In this document: positions 51,658 to 63,497 of the stretch, piece by piece | Layout of the letters: each line of letters begins with the position of its first letter | Numbering within the stretch: the stretch's first letter is position 1 | NCBI GenBank assembly: GCA_050291745.1 | Contig: JBNKKI010000050.1 | Coordinates: 32,012 to 96,011 of the forward strand | Direction: 5' to 3' | DNA: 64,000 nt | From: Gammaproteobacteria bacterium | Lineage (GTDB): Bacteria > Pseudomonadota > Gammaproteobacteria > GCA-001735895 | Program-made: the position numbers and the translations under genes | The notes under the pieces: model-generated | Databases searched by the model: none | What the model was told of the DNA's origin: nothing | The model's input: the letters and a program-made list of their open reading frames with translations, nothing else

Positions 51658-53682
51658 ATGACATCAGGAATAATAATGGCACTAATTTGTGCTTTTGTAG
51701 GTATAGCCTACGGGGTTATCTCAATATACAGTGTTTTGGCGAAGCCAATGGGTAATGATGAGATGAAACGCATTGCCGGTGCAATTCAGGAAGGTGCTAC
51801 TGCCTATCTTGCAAGGCAGTACACCACTATTGGTATTGTAGGCATAATTTTGTTTTTGGTTATAGGTATTTTCCTTGACTGGTATACTGCTTTTGGATTT
51901 GCTCTTGGTGCATTTTTTTCTGGTGCTGCCGGTTATATCGGTATGCATGTTTCTGTACGTTCTAATTCAAGAACTGCTGAAGCCGCAAGAGAAGGTATCA
52001 ACCCTGCTCTGGCTATTGCTTTTAAGGGTGGTGCCATCACAGGAATGCTGGTAGTCGGTCTGGGGCTTTTAGGGGTAGCTGGTTATTACGCAATTTTAAA
52101 TCTTATTGGGGCACCTCATCCCTTACATGCCATGATCGGTTTAGCATTCGGTGGATCATTAATTTCTATCTTTGCCCGTTTAGGTGGTGGTATTTTTACC
52201 AAGGGTGCTGATGTAGGCGCAGATATCGTGGGTAAAGTGGAAGCAGGGATTCCTGAAGATGATCCACGTAACCCTGCTGTTATCGCTGATAACGTGGGTG
52301 ATAATGTCGGTGACTGTGCGGGTATGGCAGCTGATTTATTTGAAACTTATGCTGTAACCATTATTGCTACCATGATTCTGGGTGGGCTTGTTTTCGTTAA
52401 CAGCAGTGCTGCTAATCTGGATCTGGCAATAACTTATCCTCTGGTTTTAGGTGGAATATCGATTATCTGTTCTGTCATTGGTACGTTCTTTGTCAAGTAT
52501 CATGAAGGTGGAAAAATCATGACAGCACTTTATAAGGCTACAGGTATTTCTGCGATTTTATCTGCTGTTGGTTTTTATTTTATAACCAATTCTATGATGG
52601 CTAATAATGGGCTGTACTCAACTAATGCTTTATTTGGAGCCGCTTTAATTGGTCTGGTTCTTACGGTAGCAATGATCATTATCACTGAATACTACACTGC
52701 GACTGAATATGCTCCAGTACGTCGTATTGCTGAAGCATCTAAAACTGGTGATGGGACTAATGTTATCGCCGGGCTGGGTATTTCTATGCGTTCAACTGCA
52801 TTGCCTGTTCTAGCGGTTTGTATTTCAATCTGGGGTGCACATCATCTGGCAGGTTTATATGGTATCGCAATCGCAGCAACAGCCATGCTTTCAATGACAG
52901 GTATTGTGGTAGCACTAGATGCCTATGGTCCAATTACTGATAATGCAGGTGGTATTGCGGAAATGTCCGAATTACCTGAAGAAGTTCGTAATACAACTGA
53001 CGCACTGGATGCGGTTGGGAATACGACTAAGGCGGTTACCAAAGGTTATGCGATCGGTTCAGCCGGTCTTGCTACACTGGTGCTATTTGCTGATTACACA
53101 AGTTCACTGGAAAGTGCTGGCAAAACGGTTAGTTTTGATCTATCCAATCATATGGTTATCATTGGTCTGTTTATCGGCGGTATGATTCCTTATCTGTTTG
53201 GTGCGATGGCAATGGAAGCTGTAGGTCGAGCAGCTGGCGGTATTGTTGACGAGGTGCGTCGTCAGTTCAAAGAAATGCCTGGTATTATGGACCGTACAGA
53301 AAAGCCTGATTATTCAAAAGCGGTTGATATGTTAACCCGTGCGGCGATTAAGGAAATGATAGTACCTTCATTACTGCCGGTTGCTGTGCCAATTATTGTT
53401 GGTTTAACTTTAGGTGCTGAAGCTCTGGGTGGTATGTTAATTGGTACGATAGTTACAGGACTATTTGTTGCCATATCTATGACTACTGGTGGTGGTGCAT
53501 GGGATAATGCGAAGAAATATATCGAAGATGGTCATTTTGGTGGTAAAGGTTCTGCTACTCATAAAGCAGCGGTAACTGGTGATACAGTAGGTGATCCATA
53601 CAAAGATACTGCGGGACCTGCAATCAATCCATTGATCAAAATTATCAATATTGTTGCATTGATGATGATACCTTTACTGTAA
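51658..53682 (+). CDS. hppA: Membrane H+-translocating pyrophosphatase, K+-independent type
   Basis: [26 protein letters not shown] (Lys form), [19 protein letters not shown]. Confidence 0.95.
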   Translation: MTSGIIMALICAFVGIAYGVISIYSVLAKPMGNDEMKRIAGAIQEGATAYLARQYTTIGIVGIILFLVIGIFLDWYTAFGFALGAFFSGAAGYIGMHVSVRSNSRTAEAAREGINPALAIAFKGGAITGMLVVGLGLLGVAGYYAILNLIGAPHPLHAMIGLAFGGSLISIFARLGGGIFTKGADVGADIVGKVEAGIPEDDPRNPAVIADNVGDNVGDCAGMAADLFETYAVTIIATMILGGLVFVNSSAANLDLAITYPLVLGGISIICSVIGTFFVKYHEGGKIMTALYKATGISAILSAVGFYFITNSMMANNGLYSTNALFGAALIGLVLTVAMIIITEYYTATEYAPVRRIAEASKTGDGTNVIAGLGISMRSTALPVLAVCISIWGAHHLAGLYGIAIAATAMLSMTGIVVALDAYGPITDNAGGIAEMSELPEEVRNTTDALDAVGNTTKAVTKGYAIGSAGLATLVLFADYTSSLESAGKTVSFDLSNHMVIIGLFIGGMIPYLFGAMAMEAVGRAAGGIVDEVRRQFKEMPGIMDRTEKPDYSKAVDMLTRAAIKEMIVPSLLPVAVPIIVGLTLGAEALGGMLIGTIVTGLFVAISMTTGGGAWDNAKKYIEDGHFGGKGSATHKAAVTGDTVGDPYKDTAGPAINPLIKIINIVALMMIPLL

Positions 53683-53698
53683 TAAAGGTTTCTCTTTG

Positions 53699-53728
53699 AA
53701 AAAAGCCTGCTTTTGCAGGCTTTTTTTT
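53699..53728 (+). terminator. Intrinsic terminator of hppA
   Basis: aaaaaagcctgc-tttt-gcaggctttttttt. Confidence 0.85.
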
Positions 53729-53884
53729 GGGCTGAAAATATTGCCTGTGATAAAAAATCTGAAAAATCAGTGTTACAAATATATTTTTGATTTAAATATA
53801 AGTTGATCAATGGTTTAATAGTACTCGCATTAAAAATTACCAATACCCCCTGTATATGACAATCCTTCCGGACATCATTAACTG

Positions 53885-55783
53885 ATGGCCTATAGAGAAC
53901 AGTTAAAAGATAATTACTCTGAGACCAGGCTGATTCAACGCCGATTAATTCTCTCAGCAGTCATCGTATTGGTGTTGATGTTAATTGTATTAGGTCGTCT
54001 CTATGTTTTGCAGGTTGTGGAGCATGATTATTTTTCTACACTGTCTAACTCCAATCGGGTTCGTATTAAAGCCCTGCCACCCACTCGTGGCTTAATTTAT
54101 GATCGAAATGGTGTGGTACTGGCTGATAATTTGCCGGCTTATCGGCTGGAGATTATTCGTGAGCAGGTTGACGATCTGGATGATACTTTAAAACGTCTAT
54201 CACAGTATGTTGAAATTTCGCCCCAGCAAATTAAAAAATTTCATCAGGCATCCCGTCGACGTCGACCTTTCGAGTCAGTGCCGCTGTTACTGAACTTAAC
54301 TGATGAAGAACTGGCTCATCTTGCCGTAAACTTACATAAATTTCAGGGTGTTGAAATTAACGCTCGTCTAACTCGTAACTATCCACTCGGTAAACACGCA
54401 GTTCATGCTCTGGGTTATGTAGGCAGGATTGATATAAAAGATTTGAATAATCTGGATGAAGCTAATTATGCAGGGACGACATATATTGGAAAACTGGGAC
54501 TTGAAAAATATTATGAGAATGATTTGCATGGTGAAGTAGGATTTCAGCGAGTAGAAGTAAATGCCTCGGGAAGAACATTACGGGTGCTCGATGAAGATCC
54601 ACCGCTTTCTGGTCATAATTTGCACTTAACGATTGATTCAGATTTACAGAAACTGGCTGAAGATATGTTTAAAAATGAGAGTGGATCTGTGGTCGCTCTT
54701 GATCCAAATAATGGTGAGATCCTGGCATTAGTGAGTATGCCAAGTTTTGATCCCAATCTATTTGTAAATGGTATCAGCGTTAAAGATTATAAAGCTTTAA
54801 GAGACCCTAAACTCAGACCATTATTTAACCGTGCACTTACAGGGCAATATCCTCCAGGATCAACAACTAAGCCTTTTTTCGGACTTGCAGGTCTGGAATA
54901 TAGTGTCATAGGACATAAACAGAATATTTTCTGTGGCGGCTATTATTTGCTACCCAATGAGGAACGAAAATATCGGGACTGGAAGAAGCGTGGGCATGGT
55001 AATACGAATCTGGAAAAAGCCATTACCGAGTCCTGTGATGTTTACTTTTATAGTCTGGCCTATAGTCTGGGTATTGACCGAATGTCTGAGTTTATGAAGC
55101 AGTTTGGTTTTGGTAGTCGAACCGGCGTAGATAGCACCAGTGAACAAGCTGGTAATATGCCATCAAGAGAATGGAAACGTCGTGCCCGGGGAATGCCCTG
55201 GTTTCCGGGGGAAACATTAATTACGGGGATTGGTCAGGGTGCGGTACTGGTTACCCCGTTGCAATTAGCCAGTGCGACTGGTGCCCTGGCGTTGAAGGGC
55301 AAACGCTTCAAACCTCATCTGGTAAAATCCATTGAGTATCCTGCCGAAAGTATTGAACAAAGTATTGCTCCAGTTATATCCGGTAATTATCAGTTAAAAA
55401 AAGAAATAAACTGGCAGCACGTAGTCAGTGGCATGCGTAAAGTCGTGCATGATATTCATGGAACTGCTCATCGAATTGCAAAGGGTTTGACTTATGACAT
55501 AGCTGGTAAAACAGGAACAGCACAGGTATTTGGTATAGCACAAGATGAAGAATATAAAGAGAGTAAAGTGACTAAGAAACTACGGGATCATGCTCTGTTT
55601 ATAGCCTATGCACCTGTTGAAAACCCAAAAATTGCGGTAGCAGTTATTGTTGAAAATGGTGGTCATGGTAGTTCAGTTGCTGCACCAATCGCACGTAAAA
55701 TGATGGATGCTTATCTCTTGCAGGATAAGTCATATGATGCGGATAGTGTACGGAAAGCGAAAGATGATCAGGAGATTGAGTGA
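53885..55783 (+). CDS. mrdA: Penicillin-binding protein 2
   Basis: PTRGLIYDRNG, STTK, SCD, KTGT. Confidence 0.96.
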   Translation: MAYREQLKDNYSETRLIQRRLILSAVIVLVLMLIVLGRLYVLQVVEHDYFSTLSNSNRVRIKALPPTRGLIYDRNGVVLADNLPAYRLEIIREQVDDLDDTLKRLSQYVEISPQQIKKFHQASRRRRPFESVPLLLNLTDEELAHLAVNLHKFQGVEINARLTRNYPLGKHAVHALGYVGRIDIKDLNNLDEANYAGTTYIGKLGLEKYYENDLHGEVGFQRVEVNASGRTLRVLDEDPPLSGHNLHLTIDSDLQKLAEDMFKNESGSVVALDPNNGEILALVSMPSFDPNLFVNGISVKDYKALRDPKLRPLFNRALTGQYPPGSTTKPFFGLAGLEYSVIGHKQNIFCGGYYLLPNEERKYRDWKKRGHGNTNLEKAITESCDVYFYSLAYSLGIDRMSEFMKQFGFGSRTGVDSTSEQAGNMPSREWKRRARGMPWFPGETLITGIGQGAVLVTPLQLASATGALALKGKRFKPHLVKSIEYPAESIEQSIAPVISGNYQLKKEINWQHVVSGMRKVVHDIHGTAHRIAKGLTYDIAGKTGTAQVFGIAQDEEYKESKVTKKLRDHALFIAYAPVENPKIAVAVIVENGGHGSSVAAPIARKMMDAYLLQDKSYDADSVRKAKDDQEIE

Positions 55784-56904
55784 TGGATAGAGTAGTGGAT
55801 GGAGAACAATTATCTGTTTCCCAGCGTATTCTGGATGCTTTCCGCTTAGACCCTGCTTTGATGACGCTTTTGTTTATACTGGTGTCATTCGGCTTATTGA
55901 CTTTGTTTAGTGCCAGCGGCAGTAATATGGACTTAATGATTCGTCAATTAGCTCGACTTGGGCTTGCTGGTGTTTTAATGGTTGTTGTCGCGAATGTTTC
56001 TATCAGAGTTCTGAAAAAGTTTTCAATAGGTTTTTATCTGGCGGGTGTGCTGATGCTGGTTGGTGTAATTGCTTTTGGTGAAGTCGGTAAAGGTGCTCAA
56101 CGCTGGTTAGATCTGGGATTTATTCGTTTTCAGCCTTCCGAATTTATGAAGCTGGCAATGCCAATGATGGTTGCATCATATCTGTCGAATAAGGTGCTTC
56201 CAGTTGGCTGGAAAGATTTGGTGATTTCGGCTGGCCTGGTACTGGTACCAGTTTTGCTAATTGCCAAGCAACCTGATTTAGGTACTTCTATACTCGTTGC
56301 CAGTGCTGGATTTTTTGTGCTTTTTCTAGCGGGTGTACGCTGGAAAATTTTTATGATCCTGGGTGTCCTGTTTTCAATGATGGCCCCTTTAATCTGGAAG
56401 TTTGCCTTGCATGATTATCAGCGAGGCCGGATTTTAACCATGTTAAATCCTGAAAATGATCCTTTGGGATCGGGATATCATATTATTCAATCGAAAATAG
56501 CGATTGGATCTGGTGGCTTATATGGTAAAGGTTGGTTAAATGGGACTCAATCTCAACTGGATTTTTTACCGGAACGATCGACCGATTTTATCTTTTCAGT
56601 TTTTGGTGAGGAGTTTGGTCTCTTTGGCGCTATTTTAATCGTGTTTTTATATCTGATGATTATTTATCGGGGCTTATATATTGCTGCAATTTCAGAAGAT
56701 ACATACGGTCGTTTACTGGCTGGAGCACTAAGCCTGACTTTTTTTGTCTATCTGTTTGTTAATACAGGTATGGTCACCGGCTTACTTCCGGTTGTAGGTG
56801 TACCACTACCACTGGTGAGTTATGGCGGAACATCAATGGTTACTTTAATGATTGGATTTGGCATGATAATGGCCATCAGATCATCAAAAAGATTTTTAAG
56901 GTAA
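55783..56904 (+). CDS. rodA: Rod shape-determining protein RodA
   Basis: GAQRW, QPSEFMK, QPDLGT, PERSTDFIF, LPLVSYGG. Confidence 0.96.
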   Translation: MDRVVDGEQLSVSQRILDAFRLDPALMTLLFILVSFGLLTLFSASGSNMDLMIRQLARLGLAGVLMVVVANVSIRVLKKFSIGFYLAGVLMLVGVIAFGEVGKGAQRWLDLGFIRFQPSEFMKLAMPMMVASYLSNKVLPVGWKDLVISAGLVLVPVLLIAKQPDLGTSILVASAGFFVLFLAGVRWKIFMILGVLFSMMAPLIWKFALHDYQRGRILTMLNPENDPLGSGYHIIQSKIAIGSGGLYGKGWLNGTQSQLDFLPERSTDFIFSVFGEEFGLFGAILIVFLYLMIIYRGLYIAAISEDTYGRLLAGALSLTFFVYLFVNTGMVTGLLPVVGVPLPLVSYGGTSMVTLMIGFGMIMAIRSSKRFLR

Positions 56905-56913
56905 GGTAAAAAG

Positions 56914-57915
56914 ATGAAAAAAATAATATTTCAATTTCCACTGCTGCTACTTGGCATATGGTCTTTTTCAGTTCAGGCCGTGAAATTGAATGAAGGAGAT
57001 TACCGATACCGTGAAGATGTAGAGTCCTTTATTGAAAGAGTGGCGGCAAAAAGTGATTATAGTGAGCAACAACTGATTGATTTATTTTCTAAAGCAAAAC
57101 AGCAAGGTCATTTATTTGAATTAATGGATAAACCCGCTGAGAAAAAACTGGAATGGCATCAGTACCGGAAAATATTTATTACCAAAAAGAGGATTAATCA
57201 GGGTATTGAGTTCTGGAAAAAAAACCAGAAGTTACTGGAAAAAGTCGAAAAGAAATATAAAGTGCCAGCTGAAATTGTAATTTCTATTGTGGGTATTGAA
57301 ACTTTTTATGGTGTTTATAAAGGTAAGGCTCCTGTATTCGATACGCTGGTTACGTTTGCATTTGATTATCCCAAGCGTGCCAGATTCTTTACCAATGAAT
57401 TAGAAGAGTTTTTAATACTGTCAGCGAAACAGAAATTTAAAGTGAGAGAAATTAAGGGCTCTTATGCTGGCGCTATGGGTATGCCTCAATTTATATCTTC
57501 CAGTTATAGAAATTATGCAGTAGATTTTAATGAAGATGGCCAGGCTAACTTATTTGATAGTATTCCGGATATTTTAGGCAGTGTTGCAAACTATTTTAAA
57601 TCTCATGGCTGGCAGGAAGGTGAAGCAATTGCTTATCCGTTAAAATTGGCTGAAAAGAATAAACTGGCTAATATTGAAATTGGAGTAAAACCATCTCAAG
57701 CCTGGAAAACTCTGAAAGATTCGGGATTCAGTTCAGAAGCGGACATTAAAGATGAAACGCCAGTAGCCTTAATAAAGCTGCAACAGGCTAAACAGGCTGA
57801 CTATTGGGCCGGGTTGAAAAACTTTTATGTCATTACTCGCTATAACCATAGTGAAATGTATGCGATGGCCGTTTATCAGTTAAGTCAGGAAATAAAATCC
57901 GGCATGAAATTGTAA
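56914..57915 (+). CDS. mltB: Lytic murein transglycosylase B
   Basis: GIETFYG, GSYAGAMGMPQF, SVANY, ITRYN. Confidence 0.94.
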   Translation: MKKIIFQFPLLLLGIWSFSVQAVKLNEGDYRYREDVESFIERVAAKSDYSEQQLIDLFSKAKQQGHLFELMDKPAEKKLEWHQYRKIFITKKRINQGIEFWKKNQKLLEKVEKKYKVPAEIVISIVGIETFYGVYKGKAPVFDTLVTFAFDYPKRARFFTNELEEFLILSAKQKFKVREIKGSYAGAMGMPQFISSSYRNYAVDFNEDGQANLFDSIPDILGSVANYFKSHGWQEGEAIAYPLKLAEKNKLANIEIGVKPSQAWKTLKDSGFSSEADIKDETPVALIKLQQAKQADYWAGLKNFYVITRYNHSEMYAMAVYQLSQEIKSGMKL

Positions 57916-58697
57916 TGCTTTTAAGTCGATTACTGATTATTTGTATGGTGTTGACGTTTTTGTCAGCCTGTACTTTTGGGGTGCCTGTCGGTAGTCAAAA
58001 GATAAACACAACAAAACCTTTAGCTAAATCTAAACTGGGTAATCCATCATCCTATATTGTTATGGGAAAACGATATTATGTCATGGATTCATCTGATGGC
58101 TTTAAGCAACGCGGTATTGCTTCCTGGTATGGTCCTGATTTTCATGGAAAAAAAACATCCAGTGGTGACATATATAATATGCATGCATTGACTGCTGCAC
58201 ATAAAACTTTACCTATTCCTGTGTATGTTAAAGTAACAAATCTTGAAAATGGAAAGACTGCTGTTGTGCTGGTAAATGATCGCGGGCCATTTGTTGACGG
58301 TCGTATCATCGATCTTTCTCATGCGGCAGCAAAAAAGTTAGGGGTGATCGGACCGGGTACTGCTGAAGTTGAAATTGTGGCTCTGAATTCTTCTGGAAAA
58401 GCTTCTTTAGAGCCTGTTCGAGCTATTCCATTGAAAAACCAGCAGAATGAAACTGACAGTATGTTTATTCAACTGGGTTCTTTCAGTAGCGAAGAAAATG
58501 CGAGAAAGATGTTTACAGAACTCAAAAATAATAATGAGGGTGGTTTGATATTAAAAAAAGTAACAACTGGATCAGGCGTTTTCTTCAGAGTTCAACAAGG
58601 GCCATTCCTGGATTTGAATGAAGCGAATGCTATTAAGAAAAGACTCGCAAATAAAGGTTACAGCAATACTCGCATTATTATTGATAGTATTCCTTAG
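57915..58697 (+). CDS. rlpA: Septal ring lytic transglycosylase RlpA with SPOR domain
   Basis: Lipobox LSAC, GIASWYG, TAAHKTLP, NDRGPF, IIDLS. Confidence 0.94.
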   Translation: MLLSRLLIICMVLTFLSACTFGVPVGSQKINTTKPLAKSKLGNPSSYIVMGKRYYVMDSSDGFKQRGIASWYGPDFHGKKTSSGDIYNMHALTAAHKTLPIPVYVKVTNLENGKTAVVLVNDRGPFVDGRIIDLSHAAAKKLGVIGPGTAEVEIVALNSSGKASLEPVRAIPLKNQQNETDSMFIQLGSFSSEENARKMFTELKNNNEGGLILKKVTTGSGVFFRVQQGPFLDLNEANAIKKRLANKGYSNTRIIIDSIP

Positions 58698-58826
58698 CCT
58701 TAAAGAAACTCTAAGCAATTCATGATTATTTAATTTCAATGTGAAGTCATGAATTCTGATGAGGGATACAAAATCTCATAAAAAAACCAGGGATATTTTT
58801 TACAAGATAACTGTCTTATAGCCTTT

Positions 58827-58860
58827 TAGACTTTCGCAATTGAATTGATTTTTCTAGGTT
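58827..58860. repeat. Degenerate family A right end
   Basis: tagactttcgcaattgaattgatttttctaggtt versus tagactttcatgattcaactgatttttccaggtt. Confidence 0.65.
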
Positions 58861-58939
58861 AAAGTGTTCTTTTCATTCTCAGCTCATGTACAATTAGCGA
58901 CAGATCCACCTCAATTTAAAATTTTAGTTATATCTATCT

Positions 58940-60079
58940 ATGTTAGTTATTCGATTATTTACGCTTGTCTTCCTGTTTCTGCTAAGCCAGTCATTATTCG
59001 CGGCTGCTAAACCTATTCCAGCTGCGCCTGAAATAGCGGCCAGCAGTTATATTCTGATGGATTTTAATAGTGGTAAAATCCTGGCAGAAAAAAATGCAGA
59101 TAAGATGGTTGAACCAGCTAGTATCACTAAGCTGATGACGGCTTATCTGGTTGATAAAGCCTTACAGGCAGGTGATATCAATCTAAGCGATGAAGTAACC
59201 ATTAGTGAAAAAGCCTGGCGTATGAAAGGTTCCAAGATGTTTATTGAAGTTGGTAAACAGGTCACTGTCGATAAATTGATCAAAGGTATGATTATTCAAT
59301 CAGGTAATGATGCGACAGTTGCATTAGCTGAGCATGTGGCAGGCTCTGAAAAAGCATTTGCTGAATATATGAATCACCAGGCTGGTTTATTAGGTATGAA
59401 AAATAGCCAGTTTAAAAATTCTACCGGTTGGCCACATAAAGATCATTATAGTACCGCGCGCGATATTGCTATTTTAAGTCGGGCTATAATTCAGGATTAC
59501 CCTGATTCTTACCGTCTGTATAGTGAAAAAGAGTATACCTATAATAAAATTCGACAGATTAATCGTAATAGACTGTTATGGCGAGATGACTCAGTTGATG
59601 GTTTAAAAACAGGTCATACAGAAGCCGCTGGCTATTGCCTGGCAAGCTCTGCCAAAAAGGATGACATGCGTTTAATTGCTGTCGTACTGGGTACTAAATC
59701 GGATAAAGCCAGAACTCAAAATAGCCAGACATTGCTTAATTATGGTTTTAGATTTTTTGAATCAAATCGCCTGTATCAGGCAAACCAGGCATTGAAAAAT
59801 ACAAGGATCTGGTATGGTGAACAGGATGAAGTTGCGCTGGGTGTAGCCAAAGATATTTTTGTTACTATTGCCAGAGGTCGTTACAAAGACCTTGATGCCG
59901 CTGTTGAAATTGATCCTAAAATTTCAGCACCTGTGGCTTTAGGGCAGGAATTAGGCAAACTGGTCGTTAAACTGGATAATGAAATTATTGTTGAGGAACC
60001 TCTGGTTGCGATTCATGCAGTAAAGGATGGTGGAATTGTGAAAAAAGCCATAGACAGTATCAAGGTTTTCTTTGAATAA
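58940..60079 (+). CDS. dacC: D-alanyl-D-alanine carboxypeptidase (PBP5/6)
   Basis: PASITKLM, SGN, KTG. Confidence 0.92.
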   Translation: MLVIRLFTLVFLFLLSQSLFAAAKPIPAAPEIAASSYILMDFNSGKILAEKNADKMVEPASITKLMTAYLVDKALQAGDINLSDEVTISEKAWRMKGSKMFIEVGKQVTVDKLIKGMIIQSGNDATVALAEHVAGSEKAFAEYMNHQAGLLGMKNSQFKNSTGWPHKDHYSTARDIAILSRAIIQDYPDSYRLYSEKEYTYNKIRQINRNRLLWRDDSVDGLKTGHTEAAGYCLASSAKKDDMRLIAVVLGTKSDKARTQNSQTLLNYGFRFFESNRLYQANQALKNTRIWYGEQDEVALGVAKDIFVTIARGRYKDLDAAVEIDPKISAPVALGQELGKLVVKLDNEIIVEEPLVAIHAVKDGGIVKKAIDSIKVFFE

Positions 60080-60137
60080 TCATCATTACCTGATGAGTCA
60101 TTTCGGTTGATTCTCATTTTTAGATAAGAGGAATAAC

Positions 60138-60998
60138 ATGTCAAATTTAGTGTATTTAAACGGTGAATTTGTAGCAGCTGATCAAGCTTCGGTTTCTGTG
60201 CTGGATCGAGGGTTTATGTTTGGTGATGGAGTGTATGAGGTTATTCCTGTTTATTCCGGTAAAGTTTTTGCAGCTCAGAATCATCTTAAACGGTTGCAGC
60301 GTAGCCTTGATGCTGTGGATATTGCCAACCCTTTAGATGAACAGGGGTGGCAAAAAATCATGGATCAACTGGTTGAAAAAAATACAGCTGATCAGGATGC
60401 TATGATTTATCTGCAGGTGACTCGCGGAGTTATGTCTAAGCGAGATCATCTGTATACCAGGGATATGCAGCCTTCTGTTTTGATTATGTGTCAGCCACTG
60501 CATTATCAGGTTCAGGATAACAATACCAAAGGTATCAAAGTAGTTACCAAAGAGGATAACCGTTGGGCAGATTGTTTTATCAAATCGATAAACCTATTAC
60601 CGAATATCATGCTCAAGCAATATGCAGCAGATCATGATGCTGTTGAATCAATTCTGATTCGAGATGGTTATGCTATTGAGGGTTCTGCGAGTAACCTGTT
60701 TATCGTTAAGGACGATATTATTCGTACGCCTCCGATAAGTCGGCATATGCTGGGTGGAATAACTCGTGAAGTTATTTTGCAAATTTGTAAAGATGAAAAA
60801 ATAGTTGCCAGAGAAATAGCTATTACTGAAGATGAATTACATGATGCTGATGAAATCTGGATTACTTCTTCAACCAAAGAAATTGTACCGGTGACAATTC
60901 TTAATCAACATAAAGTCGGTCAAGGTGTGGTTGGTCCTAAGTGGCTACAGATAATTGATCTCTATCAAAAATTTAAACAATCCTTTATACAGTCTTAA
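60138..60998 (+). CDS. dat: D-amino acid aminotransferase (class IV)
   Basis: DRGFMFGDGVYE, YLQVTRG, IKSINLL, LGGITR. Confidence 0.85.
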   Translation: MSNLVYLNGEFVAADQASVSVLDRGFMFGDGVYEVIPVYSGKVFAAQNHLKRLQRSLDAVDIANPLDEQGWQKIMDQLVEKNTADQDAMIYLQVTRGVMSKRDHLYTRDMQPSVLIMCQPLHYQVQDNNTKGIKVVTKEDNRWADCFIKSINLLPNIMLKQYAADHDAVESILIRDGYAIEGSASNLFIVKDDIIRTPPISRHMLGGITREVILQICKDEKIVAREIAITEDELHDADEIWITSSTKEIVPVTILNQHKVGQGVVGPKWLQIIDLYQKFKQSFIQS

Positions 60999-60999
60999 G

Positions 61000-61305
61000 A
61001 TGTCTGACTCTTCTAAACAAAATCCTTTAGCCGCTTTTCAGCAGGAAGAACAGCAAATCATGGAATTTCCCTGTGAATTTCCTCTTAAAGTATTTGGCCT
61101 GAATAAACCTGAGTTTGAATCAATTGTGTTAGATCTGGTGAGTGCTCATTGTGATGATGATACCCAGTTCAGGGTAATCAGGAGAGAGAGCAAAAAAGGA
61201 AAGTATCAATCTCTAACTGTGACATTTATTGCTCAAAGTCGCGCTCAAATGGATGATATATACCAGTCACTGACTGACTCTGAGCATGTCGTCATGTCAT
61301 TGTGA
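61000..61305 (+). CDS. ybeD: YbeD/DUF493 family protein
   Basis: MEFPCEFPLKVFG, SKKGKYQSLT; lies before lipB. Confidence 0.88.
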   Translation: MSDSSKQNPLAAFQQEEQQIMEFPCEFPLKVFGLNKPEFESIVLDLVSAHCDDDTQFRVIRRESKKGKYQSLTVTFIAQSRAQMDDIYQSLTDSEHVVMSL

Positions 61306-61319
61306 GCTTATAACCACTG

Positions 61320-61940
61320 ATGGCGATTATACGTCCAGTAATTAAAAATCTGGGGCTAACCGACTATGAACCGGTCTGGCAATCGATGAAGCAGTTTACT
61401 ATGCAGAGAGATGCTGAAACGGTTGATGAGCTATGGGTAACAGAACACTTTCCTGTCTATACGCAAGGATTGAATGGACGAAAGGAAAATTTACTGGCTA
61501 CATCAGATATCCCTGTCGTTCAGGTTGATCGAGGTGGTCAGGTTACCTATCACGGGCCGGGTCAACTGGTTATTTACTGTCTTCTGGATATTAATCGTCT
61601 GAATATTGGTATTCGCCAGCTAGTCAGTAATATTGAAATCTCTATCATTAATTTACTCAAGGATTATCAGCTTGAAGCTTATGCTAAAAGAGATGCTCCC
61701 GGGGTTTATATCGGGCAGGCCAAGATAGCCGCTCTGGGCTTACGTATACGCAAAGGTTATTGCTATCATGGCCTGAGTTTTAATATGGATATGGATTTGA
61801 CTCCCTTTTCAGGTATAAATCCATGCGGATTTAAAGGATTGAAAGTTACTCACTTAGCGGATCATATACAAAATTTTTCAACAGAACAGGTCACCGAACA
61901 ACTCTGTTCACATTTAATTAGTGGTATGGGTTATGAGTAA
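61320..61940 (+). CDS. lipB: Octanoyltransferase
   Basis: [32 protein letters not shown]. Confidence 0.96.
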   Translation: MAIIRPVIKNLGLTDYEPVWQSMKQFTMQRDAETVDELWVTEHFPVYTQGLNGRKENLLATSDIPVVQVDRGGQVTYHGPGQLVIYCLLDINRLNIGIRQLVSNIEISIINLLKDYQLEAYAKRDAPGVYIGQAKIAALGLRIRKGYCYHGLSFNMDMDLTPFSGINPCGFKGLKVTHLADHIQNFSTEQVTEQLCSHLISGMGYE

Positions 61941-62889
61941 TAAATCTAAAGTTGAGCAAGGCGTTAAATTAAAGGGTGCAGATAAGGTTGCCAGAATTCC
62001 GATTAAAGTGATTCCAGGTGGAAAGTTGCAACGCAAACCTTCCTGGATAAGAGCAAAAGCACCTACCAGTGATCTGGTAAAGCAATTAAAAGGAACCTTA
62101 CGCGAAAATAATCTTTTTACGGTCTGTGAAGAAGCTGCCTGTCCGAATCTGGGAGAATGCTTTTCGAAAGGTACAGCGACTTTCATGATTATGGGGGATA
62201 TCTGTACCCGGCGTTGTCCTTTCTGTGATGTCGGACATGGGCGGCCTAACCCTCTGGATGAAAATGAACCTTATAATGTCGCTAAAACTATACAAAATAT
62301 GAAATTACGATATGTCGTACTTACTTCAGTAGATCGTGATGACTTGCGTGATGGCGGGGCGATGCATTTTGTTAACTGTATTACCGAGATACGACGTTTA
62401 AACCCTCATATTAAAATTGAAATTCTGACACCTGACTTTCGTGGAAGAATGGATATAGCACTGGATATTTTGACGCAGGCTCCTCCTGATATCTTTAATC
62501 ATAATTTAGAGTCTATCCCCCGTTTGTATAAAAAAATACGTCCTGGCGCTGATTATATGTGGTCACTGGAGTTATTACAGAATTTTAAACAGTTATATCC
62601 TGAAGTACCGACAAAATCCGGCATCATGCTGGGATTGGGTGAAGAATTGGATGAAGTTGAACAGGTATTAAGTGATATGCGTGCCCATGATGTTAATATG
62701 TTGACGCTGGGTCAATATTTACAACCAAGTCGTGATCATTTAGCAGTAGAAAGGTATGTGACACCAGATGAATTCAAGCAACTGGAAAAACTGGCATATG
62801 ATCTGGGATTTGATCAGGTTGCCAGTGGACCAATGGTACGTTCCTCATATCATGCGGATTTACAGGCCAGTGATATTTTGAATACTTAA
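61933..62889 (+). CDS. lipA: Lipoyl synthase
   Basis: [27 protein letters not shown]. Confidence 0.97.
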   Translation: MSNKSKVEQGVKLKGADKVARIPIKVIPGGKLQRKPSWIRAKAPTSDLVKQLKGTLRENNLFTVCEEAACPNLGECFSKGTATFMIMGDICTRRCPFCDVGHGRPNPLDENEPYNVAKTIQNMKLRYVVLTSVDRDDLRDGGAMHFVNCITEIRRLNPHIKIEILTPDFRGRMDIALDILTQAPPDIFNHNLESIPRLYKKIRPGADYMWSLELLQNFKQLYPEVPTKSGIMLGLGEELDEVEQVLSDMRAHDVNMLTLGQYLQPSRDHLAVERYVTPDEFKQLEKLAYDLGFDQVASGPMVRSSYHADLQASDILNT

Positions 62890-62950
62890 TATATAGGTTT
62901 TTAGATTGTATGTTTTTCTGATTAAACTATAAAATACCCTGATTTTAATA

Positions 62951-63146
62951 AGGTACCTCTGATTAATTCTGCCAGATTTCTGGCTAAGAGATTAGCTGCT
63001 GGCTTGCACAGAGTTTATGCTTTAGTAGAAATGTTCTGATTTGTCTGGAAGTGAGTGGTAATCGTAGTCCTGTTGCGACGATTTTCGGTACGAATCGGGG
63101 GGATTTCAGCCAGTATATGAAATTCATCAATTGATCAGAGTTTCCT
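62951..63146. mobile_element. MITE family C
   Basis: Imperfect 18-bp TIR AGGTACCTCTGATTAATT / AATTGATCAGAGTTTCCT; the left end recurs at 39860. Confidence 0.65.
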
Positions 63147-63466
63147 GGGTTTTTACACATCAACTGTCATGGTTTATGAAACAGTGGATTAACCTCTATT
63201 GCGAGCGGTCAACTGCGGAATCCAGGTTAAACCTGGAATCCGCAGTTGGACGAGTTGATTGTGCGTTTGAGGTGGTGTAGGTCAAGGCGTAACGACGCGG
63301 AATAGCCAGCTATTGCAAGGCGTTACAACGAAGAGATACGCCGCCTCAAACGTGCAATTCAGTTCGTAGTGGGATGCACTGATTGAGTGATTGTACACAT
63401 CAACTGTCATGGTTTATGAAACAGTGGATTAACCTCTATTACGAGCGGTCAACTGCGGAATCCAGG
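63147..63466. mobile_element. Right part of family B (to 63226) plus complete family B copy (63232-63466)
   Basis: TIR CCTGGAATCCGCAGTTG / CAACTGCGGAATCCAGG with a TTAAA direct repeat on both sides. Confidence 0.9.
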
Positions 63467-63497
63467 TTAAATAATAACGTTATAAACAGGAGAATAT